Shown here one piece after another: positions 1-10,435 of a stretch of DNA of 64,000 nt. The notes below the pieces were generated by a model. That model was not told the origin of the DNA. It worked only from the letters and a program-made list of their open reading frames with translations, and made no database searches. A program made the position numbers and the translations under genes. Origin of the DNA: Clostridia bacterium (GTDB lineage Bacteria > Bacillota > Clostridia > UBA1381). The stretch's first letter is position 1, and the number at the start of each line of letters is the position of its first letter. The DNA lies in the NCBI GenBank assembly GCA_045645365.1, contig JAZRIR010000008.1, positions 8,912 through 72,911 on the forward strand, written 5' to 3'.

Positions 1-1611
1 CTCATTGACTATGTTAACAATGTACTTGTTCCTGTTAACCAGTTCAAGGGTATGCAGCTTCCTGTTTCAACATTCGAACCTTATGTTACAGGTGAAGTTC
101 CTCTCGGTTCATCAGCATTCGAAAAGAGAGGTATTGCTATAGATGTTCCTGTATGGAATCCTGATGTCTGCTTGCAGTGCGGATTGTGTTCTTATGTATG
201 TCCACACGGATGTATCAGACCTGTTGTATTGACAGAAGAAGAAAAGAACAATGCTCCTGAAGGAACAAAATATATAGGTATGAAGCAGATGGACGGCTTG
301 TACTTTGCTATCGCTGTATCAGTTCTTGACTGTACAGGTTGTGGTTCATGTGCTAATGTATGTCCTGAAGTTAAGGGTAACAAGGCACTTTCTATGCAGC
401 CATTGGATACTCAGCTTGATGTTCAGGCATCATTCGATTATGGTATCAAGCTTGATACAAAGCCATCAGTATTTGATAAGTTTAAAATCAGCACAGTTAA
501 GGGTTCACAGTTTAGAGTTCCTTATCTTGAATTCTCAGGCGCTTGCGCAGGCTGTGGTGAAACTCCTTATGCTAAGCTTGTAACACAGTTGTTCGGTGAC
601 AGAATGTATATTGCTAACGCAACAGGTTGTTCATCAATCTGGGGTGGTTCTGCTCCTTCAACACCATACACAACAAACAAGGAAGGAAGAGGTCCTGCTT
701 GGGCTAACTCATTGTTTGAAGATAACGCTGAATACGGCTACGGTATGTATTTAGGTCAGAAGGCTCTAAGAGATACAAACATTTCTAAGCTTGAAAAAAT
801 TGCAGAACAGGCTCCTGAAACAAAGCCTGCTATTGAAAAGTTCCTTGAAACAAAAGAACTTGGATTTGAAAATAAGGTTGCAACTGATGAATTGTTAAAG
901 GCCATTGCTAATGTAAATTCACAGGAAGCAAAAGATGTTTTGGCTGATAAGGAATTCCTTGCTAAGAAGTCTGTTTGGATATTCGGTGGTGACGGTTGGG
1001 CATACGATATCGGCTTCGGCGGTGTTGACCACGTATTGGCATCAGGCGAAGATGTAAACATTATGGTATTCGATACTGAAGTTTACTCAAATACAGGCGG
1101 TCAGTCTTCAAAGTCAACTCCTACAGGTGCTATAGCTCAGTTCGCAGCTGCAGGTAAGGTTGTTAAGAAGAAAGACTTGGCAGCAATCGCTATGAGTTAT
1201 GGCTATGTATATGTAGCTCAGATTGCTCAGGGTGCTGATTATAACCAGTGCTTGAAGGCTATGCTTGAAGCTGAAAGCTACAATGGTCCTTCATTGATTA
1301 TTGCTTATGCTCCATGTATCAACCACGGTATTAAGGGCGGTATGAGCATTGCTCAGACAGAAGAAAAGAAAGCAGTTGAAGCTGGTTACTGGCACTTGTT
1401 CAGATATGACCCAAGACTTGCTTTGGAAGGAAAGAATCCATTCCAACTTGATTCAAAAGAACCAAAGGCAAGCTACGAAGACTTCATCATGGGTGAAGTT
1501 CGTTACAACTCACTTGCTCGTTCAAACCCTGAAAGAGCTAAGGAATTGTTCGAAAAGGCTGCTGCTGATGCAAAGGCTAAGTATGAACATTTGGTTGAAT
1601 TGGCTAAATAA
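1..1611 (+). CDS. nifJ: pyruvate:ferredoxin (flavodoxin) oxidoreductase, C-terminal part; the 5' end lies outside the window
   Basis: Frame 1 is open from base 1, upstream of the listed Met at 52. Two 4Fe-4S motifs (CLQCGLCSYVCP, CTGCGSCANVCP) are followed by the ThDP-binding GGDGWAYDIGFGG...NTGGQ block and a conserved C-terminal GYWHLFRYDP. This is typical of single-chain PFOR. Confidence 0.93.
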   Translation, partial: LIDYVNNVLVPVNQFKGMQLPVSTFEPYVTGEVPLGSSAFEKRGIAIDVPVWNPDVCLQCGLCSYVCPHGCIRPVVLTEEEKNNAPEGTKYIGMKQMDGLYFAIAVSVLDCTGCGSCANVCPEVKGNKALSMQPLDTQLDVQASFDYGIKLDTKPSVFDKFKISTVKGSQFRVPYLEFSGACAGCGETPYAKLVTQLFGDRMYIANATGCSSIWGGSAPSTPYTTNKEGRGPAWANSLFEDNAEYGYGMYLGQKALRDTNISKLEKIAEQAPETKPAIEKFLETKELGFENKVATDELLKAIANVNSQEAKDVLADKEFLAKKSVWIFGGDGWAYDIGFGGVDHVLASGEDVNIMVFDTEVYSNTGGQSSKSTPTGAIAQFAAAGKVVKKKDLAAIAMSYGYVYVAQIAQGADYNQCLKAMLEAESYNGPSLIIAYAPCINHGIKGGMSIAQTEEKKAVEAGYWHLFRYDPRLALEGKNPFQLDSKEPKASYEDFIMGEVRYNSLARSNPERAKELFEKAAADAKAKYEHLVELAK

Positions 1612-1625
1612 TTATTTTCTAAATT

Positions 1626-1659
1626 GGTACGCTTAAAATTTTAAGCGTACCTTTTTTTG
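1626..1659 (+). terminator. rho-independent terminator after PFOR
   Basis: Perfect palindrome ggtacgcttaaaa/ttttaagcgtacc followed by a T7 run. Confidence 0.8.
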
Positions 1660-1750
1660 TTCTTAAATTATCTAAAAGTGTTATAAATCTGATTTTTTAG
1701 AATATAAATATAGCAAACGCGTTATAGAAAAAATAAGGAGGACAAAGAAA

Positions 1751-3229
1751 GTGGCAGAATATAACATTTATCAGGATATTGCAGAACGCAGCGGGGGAGA
1801 TATTTATATAGGGGTGGTTGGACCTGTGAGAACAGGGAAATCGACATTTATTAAGAAGTTTATGAATGAGTTGGTTATCCCTAATATCTCAAATCAATAT
1901 CAGGCTGAACGCACCCGTGACGAGCTCCCGCAATCGGCGGCGGGAAGAACAATTATGACTACAGAGCCAAAATTCATACCAAATGAGGCAATTAATATAA
2001 ATCTTGGGGATAATGCCAAGTTAAAGGTCAGAATGATAGATTGTGTAGGATATGTGGTTGACGGCTCTTTAGGTCACATTGAAGAGGATGGGCCAAGAAT
2101 GGTTAACACACCGTGGCAGGAAGAGGCGATTCCCTTTGAAAAAGCAGCTGAAATTGGTACAAAAAAGGTTATTTGCGAACATTCAACAATCGGACTTGTG
2201 GTGACCACAGACGGAAGTATATGTGAAATTGACAGACAGGACTATGTTGATGCTGAAAATCGTGTTATTAATGAGTTAAAGGAAATAGACAAACCGTTTG
2301 TAATTCTTTTAAACAGTACAAATCCTGAGTCTGAATATGCAAAAAATCTTGCACACGAACTGGAAAGAAAACATATGGTTCCTGTTGTTTTAGTAAACTG
2401 TGAGGAGCTTGATGCCGATGATATAAACAGAATAATAGAAACTGTTTTGTTTGAATTCCCTGTTTGTGAAATAAGAGTTAAGGTTCCAGGCTGGTTTAAG
2501 ACACTTGACAAGAGTCATTGGATTTCGGGTTCAGTTTATGAATACATTAACAAAGCGATGACCGATATTTACAGAATACGTGATTCAAAATGTTTTTGTG
2601 ATGTTATAAATGAATGTGAATATATCGATGATGTACGAATTGAAGCTATGGATTTGGGACAGGGAAAGGTGTATGTTGAATTAAAACCACAGGGTTCACT
2701 TTTTTATAAAGTAATCGGAGAGATTACAGGTCTTGAAATTTGCGATGAGAGAAAACTTGTCGATGTTATGACGGAACTATCCGAAATGAAGAAGGAATAC
2801 CAAAAAATTGAATACGCCCTGAATGAAGTTTATGAAAAGGGATATGGAATAGTTTCCCCAAGTCTTGAAGAACTTACCCTGCAAGAGCCTAAGATAATAA
2901 AGCAAGGTGGAAAATTTGGCGTAAAGCTGAAGGCATCAGCACCAAGTATTCATATGATAAGAGCAGATATCGAAACAGAAGTGAGTCCTATAGTTGGAAC
3001 GGAAAAGCAGTCTGAGGAATTGTTGCAGTATATTCTTTCGGATTTTGAGGGTGATCCGTCAAAAATATGGGAAACAAATATATTCGGCAAATCGTTGTAT
3101 GAGCTTGTTAATGACGGATTACACACAAAACTGTCAAAAATGCCTGATGAATCACGAATGAAGATTAAGGAAACTCTTTCGAGAATAATTAATGAGGGCA
3201 GTGGTGGTCTGATTTGTATAATTCTATAA
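1751..3229 (+). CDS. spoIVA: stage IV sporulation protein A (spore coat basement-layer ATPase)
   Basis: 492 aa with a GTG start after the AAGGAGG RBS. The N-terminus YNIYQDIAERSGGDIYIGVVGPVRTGKSTFIKKFM (Walker A) and the length are characteristic of SpoIVA. Confidence 0.95.
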   Translation: MAEYNIYQDIAERSGGDIYIGVVGPVRTGKSTFIKKFMNELVIPNISNQYQAERTRDELPQSAAGRTIMTTEPKFIPNEAININLGDNAKLKVRMIDCVGYVVDGSLGHIEEDGPRMVNTPWQEEAIPFEKAAEIGTKKVICEHSTIGLVVTTDGSICEIDRQDYVDAENRVINELKEIDKPFVILLNSTNPESEYAKNLAHELERKHMVPVVLVNCEELDADDINRIIETVLFEFPVCEIRVKVPGWFKTLDKSHWISGSVYEYINKAMTDIYRIRDSKCFCDVINECEYIDDVRIEAMDLGQGKVYVELKPQGSLFYKVIGEITGLEICDERKLVDVMTELSEMKKEYQKIEYALNEVYEKGYGIVSPSLEELTLQEPKIIKQGGKFGVKLKASAPSIHMIRADIETEVSPIVGTEKQSEELLQYILSDFEGDPSKIWETNIFGKSLYELVNDGLHTKLSKMPDESRMKIKETLSRIINEGSGGLICIIL

Positions 3230-3906
3230 AGAAAATAATTGTTATGGCACTATGTGTTTTTACTGTCTGCGGTTGTTCGTCGAATAAGGTGAAGCTCCAG
3301 ACAGAAAATAGTAATTATGAAACTGAAAATGAAATTATTTATATTGAGATACCTGAGTTTAAAGGTTTAGGAAATAAGGAATTCGATGACGAAATAAGCA
3401 GTAATTATGAAAATTATTCAAAGGATTTATTGAATTCCTTTATAAAGAATTCAGAGGAACAGGCAGAGAATCGGGCAGGGAAGAGCAAGCTCGAGGTGAA
3501 ACAAGAGGAAAAGTATAATAAAAACGGGTTATATTCGCTCATAAGTGAAATTTACGAATATACAGAAGGTACATACGGAGTTTCAAGAAGAAGAATTTTA
3601 AATGTTGATATAGAAAATTCCAAAGTGTTGCTTTTGGAGGATTTATTTAATGATGACAAATATATTGATATGTTAAATTCTAAGCTCGAGAAACTCTCTG
3701 AGGATTCAATGTATTCTGATTTATGGGAAAAGCCTGTTATAAATGAAGAACAAAATGAATATTTTTATTTTGATGATAAAGGTCTTGTTATTTTCTATCC
3801 ACCTTATGAATTGTCATATTATGCAAGAGGTTTTGTTGAATTCACAATTCCTTATTCCGAGCTTTACGGTTATTTAAAACCAGAATATTCTGTTCTTTAC
3901 AGATAA
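3214..3906 (+). CDS. lipoprotein, DUF3298/PdaC-RsiV-like C-terminal domain (tentative)
   Basis: Signal peptide with a lipobox (ALCVFTVCGCSS). The C-terminus (LVIFYPPYELSYYARGFVEFTIPYSEL) resembles the DUF3298 fold family. An alternative start is at 3244. Confidence 0.6.
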   Translation: MYNSIKKIIVMALCVFTVCGCSSNKVKLQTENSNYETENEIIYIEIPEFKGLGNKEFDDEISSNYENYSKDLLNSFIKNSEEQAENRAGKSKLEVKQEEKYNKNGLYSLISEIYEYTEGTYGVSRRRILNVDIENSKVLLLEDLFNDDKYIDMLNSKLEKLSEDSMYSDLWEKPVINEEQNEYFYFDDKGLVIFYPPYELSYYARGFVEFTIPYSELYGYLKPEYSVLYR

Positions 3907-3907
3907 C

Positions 3908-3946
3908 AAAAATCCTGTCTGAATGACATCAGACAGGATTTTTTTG
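3908..3946 (+). terminator. rho-independent terminator
   Basis: Stem aatcctgtctga / tcagacaggatt followed by a T-run. Confidence 0.8.
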
Positions 3947-4011
3947 CTTTTAGGGTTGCAATTTCATTTGATATAAGATAAAATATACTTTGATTGCGAG
4001 GATTTGATATT

Positions 4012-4191
4012 ATGAAAAAAACTAATTGTGAAACATGTGTGTATTATGAATATGATGAGGAATACGAGTGCTACACATGTTTGATGAATCTCGATGAAGA
4101 TGAAATGTACAGATTTATTAAAAATTCATTTGATAACTGCCCATATTACAAATGTGGTGATGAATATACAATAGTGAAAAAACAGATTTGA
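4012..4191 (+). CDS. small cysteine-rich protein (CxxC...CxxC), function unknown
   Basis: GAGGA RBS 9 nt upstream of the ATG at 4012. The product is 59 aa with CETC...CYTC...C...C spacing. It abuts the MATE gene. Confidence 0.5.
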   Translation: MKKTNCETCVYYEYDEEYECYTCLMNLDEDEMYRFIKNSFDNCPYYKCGDEYTIVKKQI

Positions 4192-4205
4192 GAAGGATGA
4201 ATGTA

Positions 4206-5555
4206 ATGAATAATAAAAATTCTGACATATTAAATGGGTCTATATTCAAGAACCTGTTATTATTTACAATTCCTATTATATTGACAGGAGTTTTTCAACT
4301 CTTTTATAATGCGGCGGATGTAATTGTTGTTGGAAGATATGCAGGGAGCGATTCGCTTGCGGCAGTTGGTTCAACATCTTCGATAACTCATCTTTTCATA
4401 AATTTGTTTATAGGTTTATCGGGAGGTACATCAGTTTGTGTTGCGCAGTTTGTAGGCGGAAAAGAAAAAGAAAATCTTGAAAGAACTGTGCATACATCAA
4501 TGGCGATTGCATTTATCGGCGGTATAATAATGATGATTTTAGGTGTTCTTTTTTCTGGAAAAGTGTTAGGCCTTATGAAGACACCCGAAAACATTATTGC
4601 TGAAGCAACATTATATATGAGAATAATTTTTTTGGGGCTTCCGGTAAATCTTATTTATAATTTCGGAGCCGCTGTTTTAAGAGCGGAGGGAGATACAAAA
4701 TCACCATTGATTTATCTGACAATTTCGGGAATTATCAATATAGTGTTAAATCTCATATTTGTTATTTTATTTAAAATGAAAGCAGAAGGTGTGGGACTGG
4801 CTACAATTATTTCTCAGTTTATTTCCGCATTTTTGATTGTTAGACATTTGATGAGACTTGATAGTGACTGTAAACTGATAATAAAAAATATCAAAATACA
4901 TAAAAATATGCTTTTAAGAATTTTGAAAATAGGTGTCCCTGCGGGTATTCAGGGTATGATATTCTCGATTTCAAATGTATTGATACAGTCTTCAATTAAT
5001 TCATTCGGCTCTATTGTTGTTGCAGGAAACTCTGCAGCATCAAATCTTGAAGGCTTTGCATATACGGCTATGAATTCAATGTACCAGTCTGTGGTGACAT
5101 TTGTAGGTCAACATATGGGTGCAAAGAAATTTTCAAGAATAAAAAAGATTATAAAAACAGGATGTTTACAGGTATTTTTGATTGGTGTAATATTTAGCGG
5201 ATTTTTGCTCTTGTTTGCCCATCCGCTATTAAATCTTTATGCTCCTGGTGATGAGGCTGTAATAGCCGCAGGAATTGACAGATTTTGGGTAATTCTTTCT
5301 TTGTATTTTCTGTGCGGAATAATGGAGGTTGCAGTCGGAGGCTCAAGGGGTATGGGAGAATCATTTAAACCAATGATTGTTTCAATAGTTGGGGTATGTG
5401 GCATCAGAATTTTATGGATTTATACCATATTTGAATATTTCAAAACCCCGTTTTCAGTTTATATATCCTATCCCGTTTCGTGGTTTATAACAGGATTTTT
5501 TCAGATAGTTATATGTATGAGGGTTTTAAGAAAACAATTAAAAAACTGTTCGTGA
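4206..5555 (+). CDS. MATE family efflux transporter
   Basis: About 450 aa with 12 predicted TM segments. The N-terminal FKNLLLFTIPIILTGVFQLFYNAADVIVVGR is a typical MATE/NorM signature. The start is ambiguous (4188, 4197 or 4206). Confidence 0.9.
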   Translation: MNNKNSDILNGSIFKNLLLFTIPIILTGVFQLFYNAADVIVVGRYAGSDSLAAVGSTSSITHLFINLFIGLSGGTSVCVAQFVGGKEKENLERTVHTSMAIAFIGGIIMMILGVLFSGKVLGLMKTPENIIAEATLYMRIIFLGLPVNLIYNFGAAVLRAEGDTKSPLIYLTISGIINIVLNLIFVILFKMKAEGVGLATIISQFISAFLIVRHLMRLDSDCKLIIKNIKIHKNMLLRILKIGVPAGIQGMIFSISNVLIQSSINSFGSIVVAGNSAASNLEGFAYTAMNSMYQSVVTFVGQHMGAKKFSRIKKIIKTGCLQVFLIGVIFSGFLLLFAHPLLNLYAPGDEAVIAAGIDRFWVILSLYFLCGIMEVAVGGSRGMGESFKPMIVSIVGVCGIRILWIYTIFEYFKTPFSVYISYPVSWFITGFFQIVICMRVLRKQLKNCS

Positions 5556-5570
5556 GAACAGTTTTTTTTG
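5541..5570 (+). terminator. rho-independent terminator overlapping the MATE stop codon
   Basis: ctgttc-gtga-gaacag hairpin followed by T8. Confidence 0.75.
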
Positions 5571-5629
5571 TATATTAATTTGTGATGGTGAAAAGATAAC
5601 TAAAATATGTCTAATTTTTAAAAATTATA

Positions 5630-5658
5630 TGTACAATTTAGTAAAAATGTGATATAAT
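5630..5658 (+). promoter_or_regulatory. candidate sigma-A promoter of the V-ATPase operon
   Basis: TGTACA, a 17 nt spacer, then TGaTATAAT (extended -10), about 40 nt upstream of the RBS/ATG at 5700. Confidence 0.4.
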
Positions 5659-5699
5659 ACAAAATATGTATATTTTTAACATCTAAAAGGAGGTTAATT

Positions 5700-6014
5700 A
5701 TGGCACAGGAAGCAGTTTTAGCTATAAAAAAGGCTGAAAATGATGCTAAGATAATAATTGAAAATGCTGAAAAAGAAGCTCATGAAATTGTCAAAAATGC
5801 GGAAATTTCTGCGGTACAAAAGATTGATGAATTAAAAATCTCATTAAAGGCTGATTATGAAAATGCGGTTTTGGTAGCTTGGGATAATTCGAATGCTATA
5901 AAAAAGGAAAACCTTTTAAAAAATGAGCAAAACGCTGAGGATTTAGAGAAAAAACTTCTGAGTAATAAGGAAAAGGCTATTAATGAGGTGCTTAAAAAAG
6001 TGATTGAAGCTTAA
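5700..6014 (+). CDS. V-type ATPase small peripheral-stalk subunit (G/H-like)
   Basis: 104 aa, A/E/K-rich and predicted coiled coil. It is the first gene of the V-ATPase operon, as in other Firmicutes ntp operons. Confidence 0.6.
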   Translation: MAQEAVLAIKKAENDAKIIIENAEKEAHEIVKNAEISAVQKIDELKISLKADYENAVLVAWDNSNAIKKENLLKNEQNAEDLEKKLLSNKEKAINEVLKKVIEA

Positions 6015-6043
6015 AACTTATTCAATCGAAAAGGGGTGATAAA

Positions 6044-8011
6044 TTGGCTATTCTGGAAATGAACAAAATTTTCATTTACGGACTTAACGATAGAAGAAAA
6101 GAAGTTCTTGAATTTTTGCATCAGAGTGAAATTGTTGAAATATCAGATTTTGATGCTGAAGAAAACGGATTAGGTCGCAGAGAAACCGAAAAAAATATTT
6201 CCTCATTTATGCAGTTTATTGCATCAGCAGAGAGGGCTTTAAATATTCTTAACAGTTATCTGCCTGAAAAACAGGGAATGTTTTCCAAAAGAATAGAGGC
6301 AGGTCTTGACAAATACAGTATGAATTCGGATGAAGTCAATGTTGTTAATAAGCACATTTATGACATTATTTCTTCGGAAAAGGAAATTAAAAATAATATT
6401 GATAATATAGGAAAAATCAACTTAAAATTATCACAGATAATGCCTTATATGAATCTTGATATTCCTATGAATTTTAAAGGAACAAAAACAACAAAGGCTA
6501 TTGTGGGTGTAATAGGAGGAGAATGGAGTGAAGAGCGTTTTATAAACGCCATGAATGATGCAGAAGTTGGTGCATATCATTTTGAGATTTTAAGCTCCTC
6601 CAAGCAGCAGACCTGCTTATGGGTAATATACCCTAAAGAGAATTCTGAAAGTGTTGAAAATGCTTTGAGGGTAATTGGTTTTGGTGAACCGTCTTTTAGC
6701 CTATCTCACAGGAATACCGAAGAAAAGTATAAAAAGCTTTCAGAGGATAAAGAAAAGCTGTTATCAGAAAATGAAGAATTGGTTGAGAAGATTAAAGAAT
6801 TCGCCGAATACAGACAGGAAATAGAGCTTTTTTACGACCATCTTGTTATGAGAAAGGAAAAATATGAAGCATTATCAAGAGTAGGTGTAACAGATAATGT
6901 GTTCATAATTTCAGGATTTGTTCCCGTTAAATTCTCAAAAAAGCTTGAAGATGAATTGTGCGAAAAATTTGATGTTACTGTAGAGATTTTAAAAGCGGAT
7001 AAGGAAGAAGCACCTGTTGCTTTTTCAAATAATGAATTTGTCTCGCCTGTTGAGGGAATAACTTCGGACTACAGTATGCCGTCGGCAAATGATATTGACC
7101 CTAACCCTGTTATGTCGGTATTTTATTATCTTTTCTTCGGAATGATGTTCTCCGATGCGGGCTACGGGTTATTGATGATGATAGTTTGCGGTATTTTGGG
7201 ATTTGGAAAGGTTTTGGAAAAGGGTAAGAGAAGAGCGTATAAAATGTTTTTCTACTGCGGAGTTTCAACAACTTTCTGGGGAATTATGTACGGGAGCTTT
7301 TTTGGTGATATGATTGATACTGTTGCTTCAAAATTTTTAAACAGTTCCTTCAGATTAACGCCCATTCTTTTAAATCCTACACAAAAGCCGCTTGAACTGT
7401 TAATTATAAGTGTGGCTTTTGGAATGATACACATTCTTGCGGCACTGGTAATAAAATTCTATATGCAATGGCGAAACGGAGACAAAGCTGACGCTGTATG
7501 TGATACAGGATTTTGGATTTTGGCATTATTAGGAATAAGCTTGTTTGCTGCGGGCTTAGGACTTGGAATAGGCGGTCTTGATACTGTAGGGCTTGTGATT
7601 GCGATTGCAGGTTTTGGAGGTATTTTGATTACAGGCGGAAGAAAGAGCAATAACATAATCGGAAAAATGTTTGGCGGTGTATTGAGTCTATACGATATAA
7701 CAAGCTATGTTGGTGATGTTTTGTCATATTCAAGACTTATGGCGTTGGGGCTTGCAACGGGAGTTATAGCATCTGTTATAAATGTACTTGGCTCGCTTGG
7801 CGGTGCAAGTGTGGTAGGTGTTATTGCCTATATTTTAATATCGATTTTCGGTCATGCTCTTAACTTTGCAATTAACTGTCTTGGTGCTTATGTACACACA
7901 AACAGATTGCAGTATGTTGAGTTTTATCAGAAATTTTATGAGGGCGGGGGTAAGAGGTTTAAGCCGTTCTCAATGAATACAAAATATTTTAATTTTTCAA
8001 AAAATAAATAA
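6044..8011 (+). CDS. ntpI: V-type ATP synthase subunit I (membrane a-subunit)
   Basis: 655 aa with a soluble N-terminal half and a multi-TM C-terminal half. It carries the conserved LSYSRLMALGLA motif with the essential Arg. Confidence 0.9.
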   Translation: MAILEMNKIFIYGLNDRRKEVLEFLHQSEIVEISDFDAEENGLGRRETEKNISSFMQFIASAERALNILNSYLPEKQGMFSKRIEAGLDKYSMNSDEVNVVNKHIYDIISSEKEIKNNIDNIGKINLKLSQIMPYMNLDIPMNFKGTKTTKAIVGVIGGEWSEERFINAMNDAEVGAYHFEILSSSKQQTCLWVIYPKENSESVENALRVIGFGEPSFSLSHRNTEEKYKKLSEDKEKLLSENEELVEKIKEFAEYRQEIELFYDHLVMRKEKYEALSRVGVTDNVFIISGFVPVKFSKKLEDELCEKFDVTVEILKADKEEAPVAFSNNEFVSPVEGITSDYSMPSANDIDPNPVMSVFYYLFFGMMFSDAGYGLLMMIVCGILGFGKVLEKGKRRAYKMFFYCGVSTTFWGIMYGSFFGDMIDTVASKFLNSSFRLTPILLNPTQKPLELLIISVAFGMIHILAALVIKFYMQWRNGDKADAVCDTGFWILALLGISLFAAGLGLGIGGLDTVGLVIAIAGFGGILITGGRKSNNIIGKMFGGVLSLYDITSYVGDVLSYSRLMALGLATGVIASVINVLGSLGGASVVGVIAYILISIFGHALNFAINCLGAYVHTNRLQYVEFYQKFYEGGGKRFKPFSMNTKYFNFSKNK

Positions 8012-8024
8012 AAGAAAGAGGTAA

Positions 8025-8495
<471 letters not shown>

Positions 8496-8534
8496 TTTGA
8501 CAACTAATAATTTTAATCAGAAAGGATTGATATT

Positions 8535-9122
8535 GTGGGCGGTTTGGAAAAAATAACTGAACATATAATTAATAATGCTCAAAAATCTGCCGATGAAATT
8601 ATTGCGAACGCAAATCAAAAGGCTGATGAAATAAAAAAATCAGCTGAAGAAAAATGTAAAAAGCTAATATTAGAAAATGATTTGAATATTAAAACTGAAT
8701 GTGAAAAAATAAAGCAAATGGCAGAAGCGGAAAAAAGACAAAATGAAAGACAGTCTGTTCTTGACACTAAAAACAGAGTAATTAAGGAAATTATTAAGAG
8801 TGCAAAAGAAAAAATTTTTAATATGCAAAAGGCTGAATATAGAGAGTTTATAAAAACAATACTTAAAAATTCTATAACGGGCGAAAAGGGAGAAATTCTT
8901 TTTGCCGAGGCCGATACAGATTTAGTTGATGCTGAATTTAAATCTGATTGCAATAAAATTACAAATGGAATGTTGGAATTTTCAGACGAAATTGCACCGA
9001 TTGAAAAAGGGTTTATTATAAGATACGGAAAAATCGAACAAAATTGTTCAATAAATAGCATTATTGAAGATAAGTATAATGAACTTACAGATTTGGTAAA
9101 TAGTTGCATAACTGAAGGTTAA
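8535..9122 (+). CDS. ntpE: V-type ATP synthase subunit E
   Basis: 195 aa with a long charged N-terminal helix and a globular C-terminus. It sits in the conserved position after subunit K. Confidence 0.8.
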   Translation: MGGLEKITEHIINNAQKSADEIIANANQKADEIKKSAEEKCKKLILENDLNIKTECEKIKQMAEAEKRQNERQSVLDTKNRVIKEIIKSAKEKIFNMQKAEYREFIKTILKNSITGEKGEILFAEADTDLVDAEFKSDCNKITNGMLEFSDEIAPIEKGFIIRYGKIEQNCSINSIIEDKYNELTDLVNSCITEG

Positions 9123-9133
9123 GGAGTGATTAT

Positions 9134-10102
9134 ATGCATGAAACTGAATATGCTTATGCGGTTGCATATATGAAAACCCTTGAAAATAAGATGCTTTCTC
9201 AAAGTGAGATTGAGTCTTTAATTGTGGCAAATGATGTCAAATCAGCAATAAGAATATTAACCGATAAAGGCTTTGGGAAAAACTCTAAAACTTATTATAA
9301 TGCTGATGAACTTTTAAAGGATGAGCTTGAGAAGATATGGGATGAGGCTAAAAATGCCTGTCCTGAGGAATCTCCATTAGATATAATCTTATATAAAAAT
9401 GATTTTCATAATCTTAAGACAATCCTAAAGGCGTCTGTATATGGAGTTATGTGGGAAAATCTTATGATAAGACCGTGTACCGTAGAGCCTCAGAGAATTG
9501 ATGATGCTATAAAATCGTCTGATTTTGAAAGTTTACCAGAATTTATCCGCAATGTTTTGAAAAATGGATACGAGCTTATTACAACAACAGGTGACGGTCA
9601 GCTTTTTGAAATTTACGTTGATAAGTCCCAGTTAACTGTGATGAAGGAATATGCCGATTTATCAAAGAGTGAATTTCTAAAGGAATGGGTAAAAATAGAA
9701 ATTCTTATTGCAAATATGAAAATTCTAGCAAGATGTGTCGGCAGAAACAGGGAATTTATTGAAAATGCAGTTATTCCAATTAAGGATGTTAATATCGAGA
9801 AACTGATTGATGCAGCACTTATAAGCAGTCAGGAATTAGCTGAAGCTTTTTCGAGAATTGGATATTCGAAAGCAGCAGATGCTCTTATGGTAAATTTTGC
9901 GGAATTTGAAAAGTGGTGCGATAACTATAAAATAAACTTTATCAAAAAAGCAAAAAATAAATTTTTTGGTTTTGAGCCTATTATGGCATTTTTGATTGGA
10001 AAAGAGTATGAATTGCAGACCTTGAGGATCATTCTTTCGGGAAAGCAAAATGATATTAGTGTTGATATTATAAGGGAAAGGCTGCGTGAGCTTTATGTAT
10101 AA
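9134..10102 (+). CDS. ntpC: V-type ATP synthase subunit C (d-type)
   Basis: 322 aa, all-helical, in the conserved operon position between E and F. Confidence 0.8.
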   Translation: MHETEYAYAVAYMKTLENKMLSQSEIESLIVANDVKSAIRILTDKGFGKNSKTYYNADELLKDELEKIWDEAKNACPEESPLDIILYKNDFHNLKTILKASVYGVMWENLMIRPCTVEPQRIDDAIKSSDFESLPEFIRNVLKNGYELITTTGDGQLFEIYVDKSQLTVMKEYADLSKSEFLKEWVKIEILIANMKILARCVGRNREFIENAVIPIKDVNIEKLIDAALISSQELAEAFSRIGYSKAADALMVNFAEFEKWCDNYKINFIKKAKNKFFGFEPIMAFLIGKEYELQTLRIILSGKQNDISVDIIRERLRELYV

Positions 10103-10415
10103 GATTGGTGTCGTTGGTGATTATGACAGTATATGCGGCTTTGGTGCTCTTGGATTAGACACATATCCTGCAAATGATATTGAAGAAGCTGAACAGATTT
10201 TAAAAAAGATTAGTCAAGGTGACTACGGTATTATATATATTGTTGAGGATTATATCGAAAAAATGCCGCAAATATTTGAGAAGTATCAGGAAAAACAGGT
10301 GCCTGCTATCATTCCAATTCCGTCGTGTAAGGGTTCTACAGGGTTTGGTATCGGAAATGTTAAAAAGTATGTTGAACAGGCAGTCGGCTCTGATATAATT
10401 TTTAATGAAGAATAA
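10095..10415 (+). CDS. V-type ATP synthase subunit F
   Basis: About 106 aa, starting [20 protein letters not shown]..., which is typical of subunit F. The ATG at 10095 overlaps the stop of subunit C. Confidence 0.85.
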   Translation: MYKIGVVGDYDSICGFGALGLDTYPANDIEEAEQILKKISQGDYGIIYIVEDYIEKMPQIFEKYQEKQVPAIIPIPSCKGSTGFGIGNVKKYVEQAVGSDIIFNEE

Positions 10416-10435
10416 ATGCAGAAAGGAATTCTATA

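Noticed and set aside
8615-9109. 164-aa minus-strand ORF inside the V-ATPase E gene. Similar long antisense ORFs occur elsewhere (e.g. 15816-16241, 12608-12880, 46036-46392, 62721-63137).
   Set aside because: These are mirror-frame artefacts of Lys/Glu-rich, AT-rich coding sequence. Each is fully nested in a well-supported gene on the other strand, and the translations are low-complexity (S/F/I-rich).
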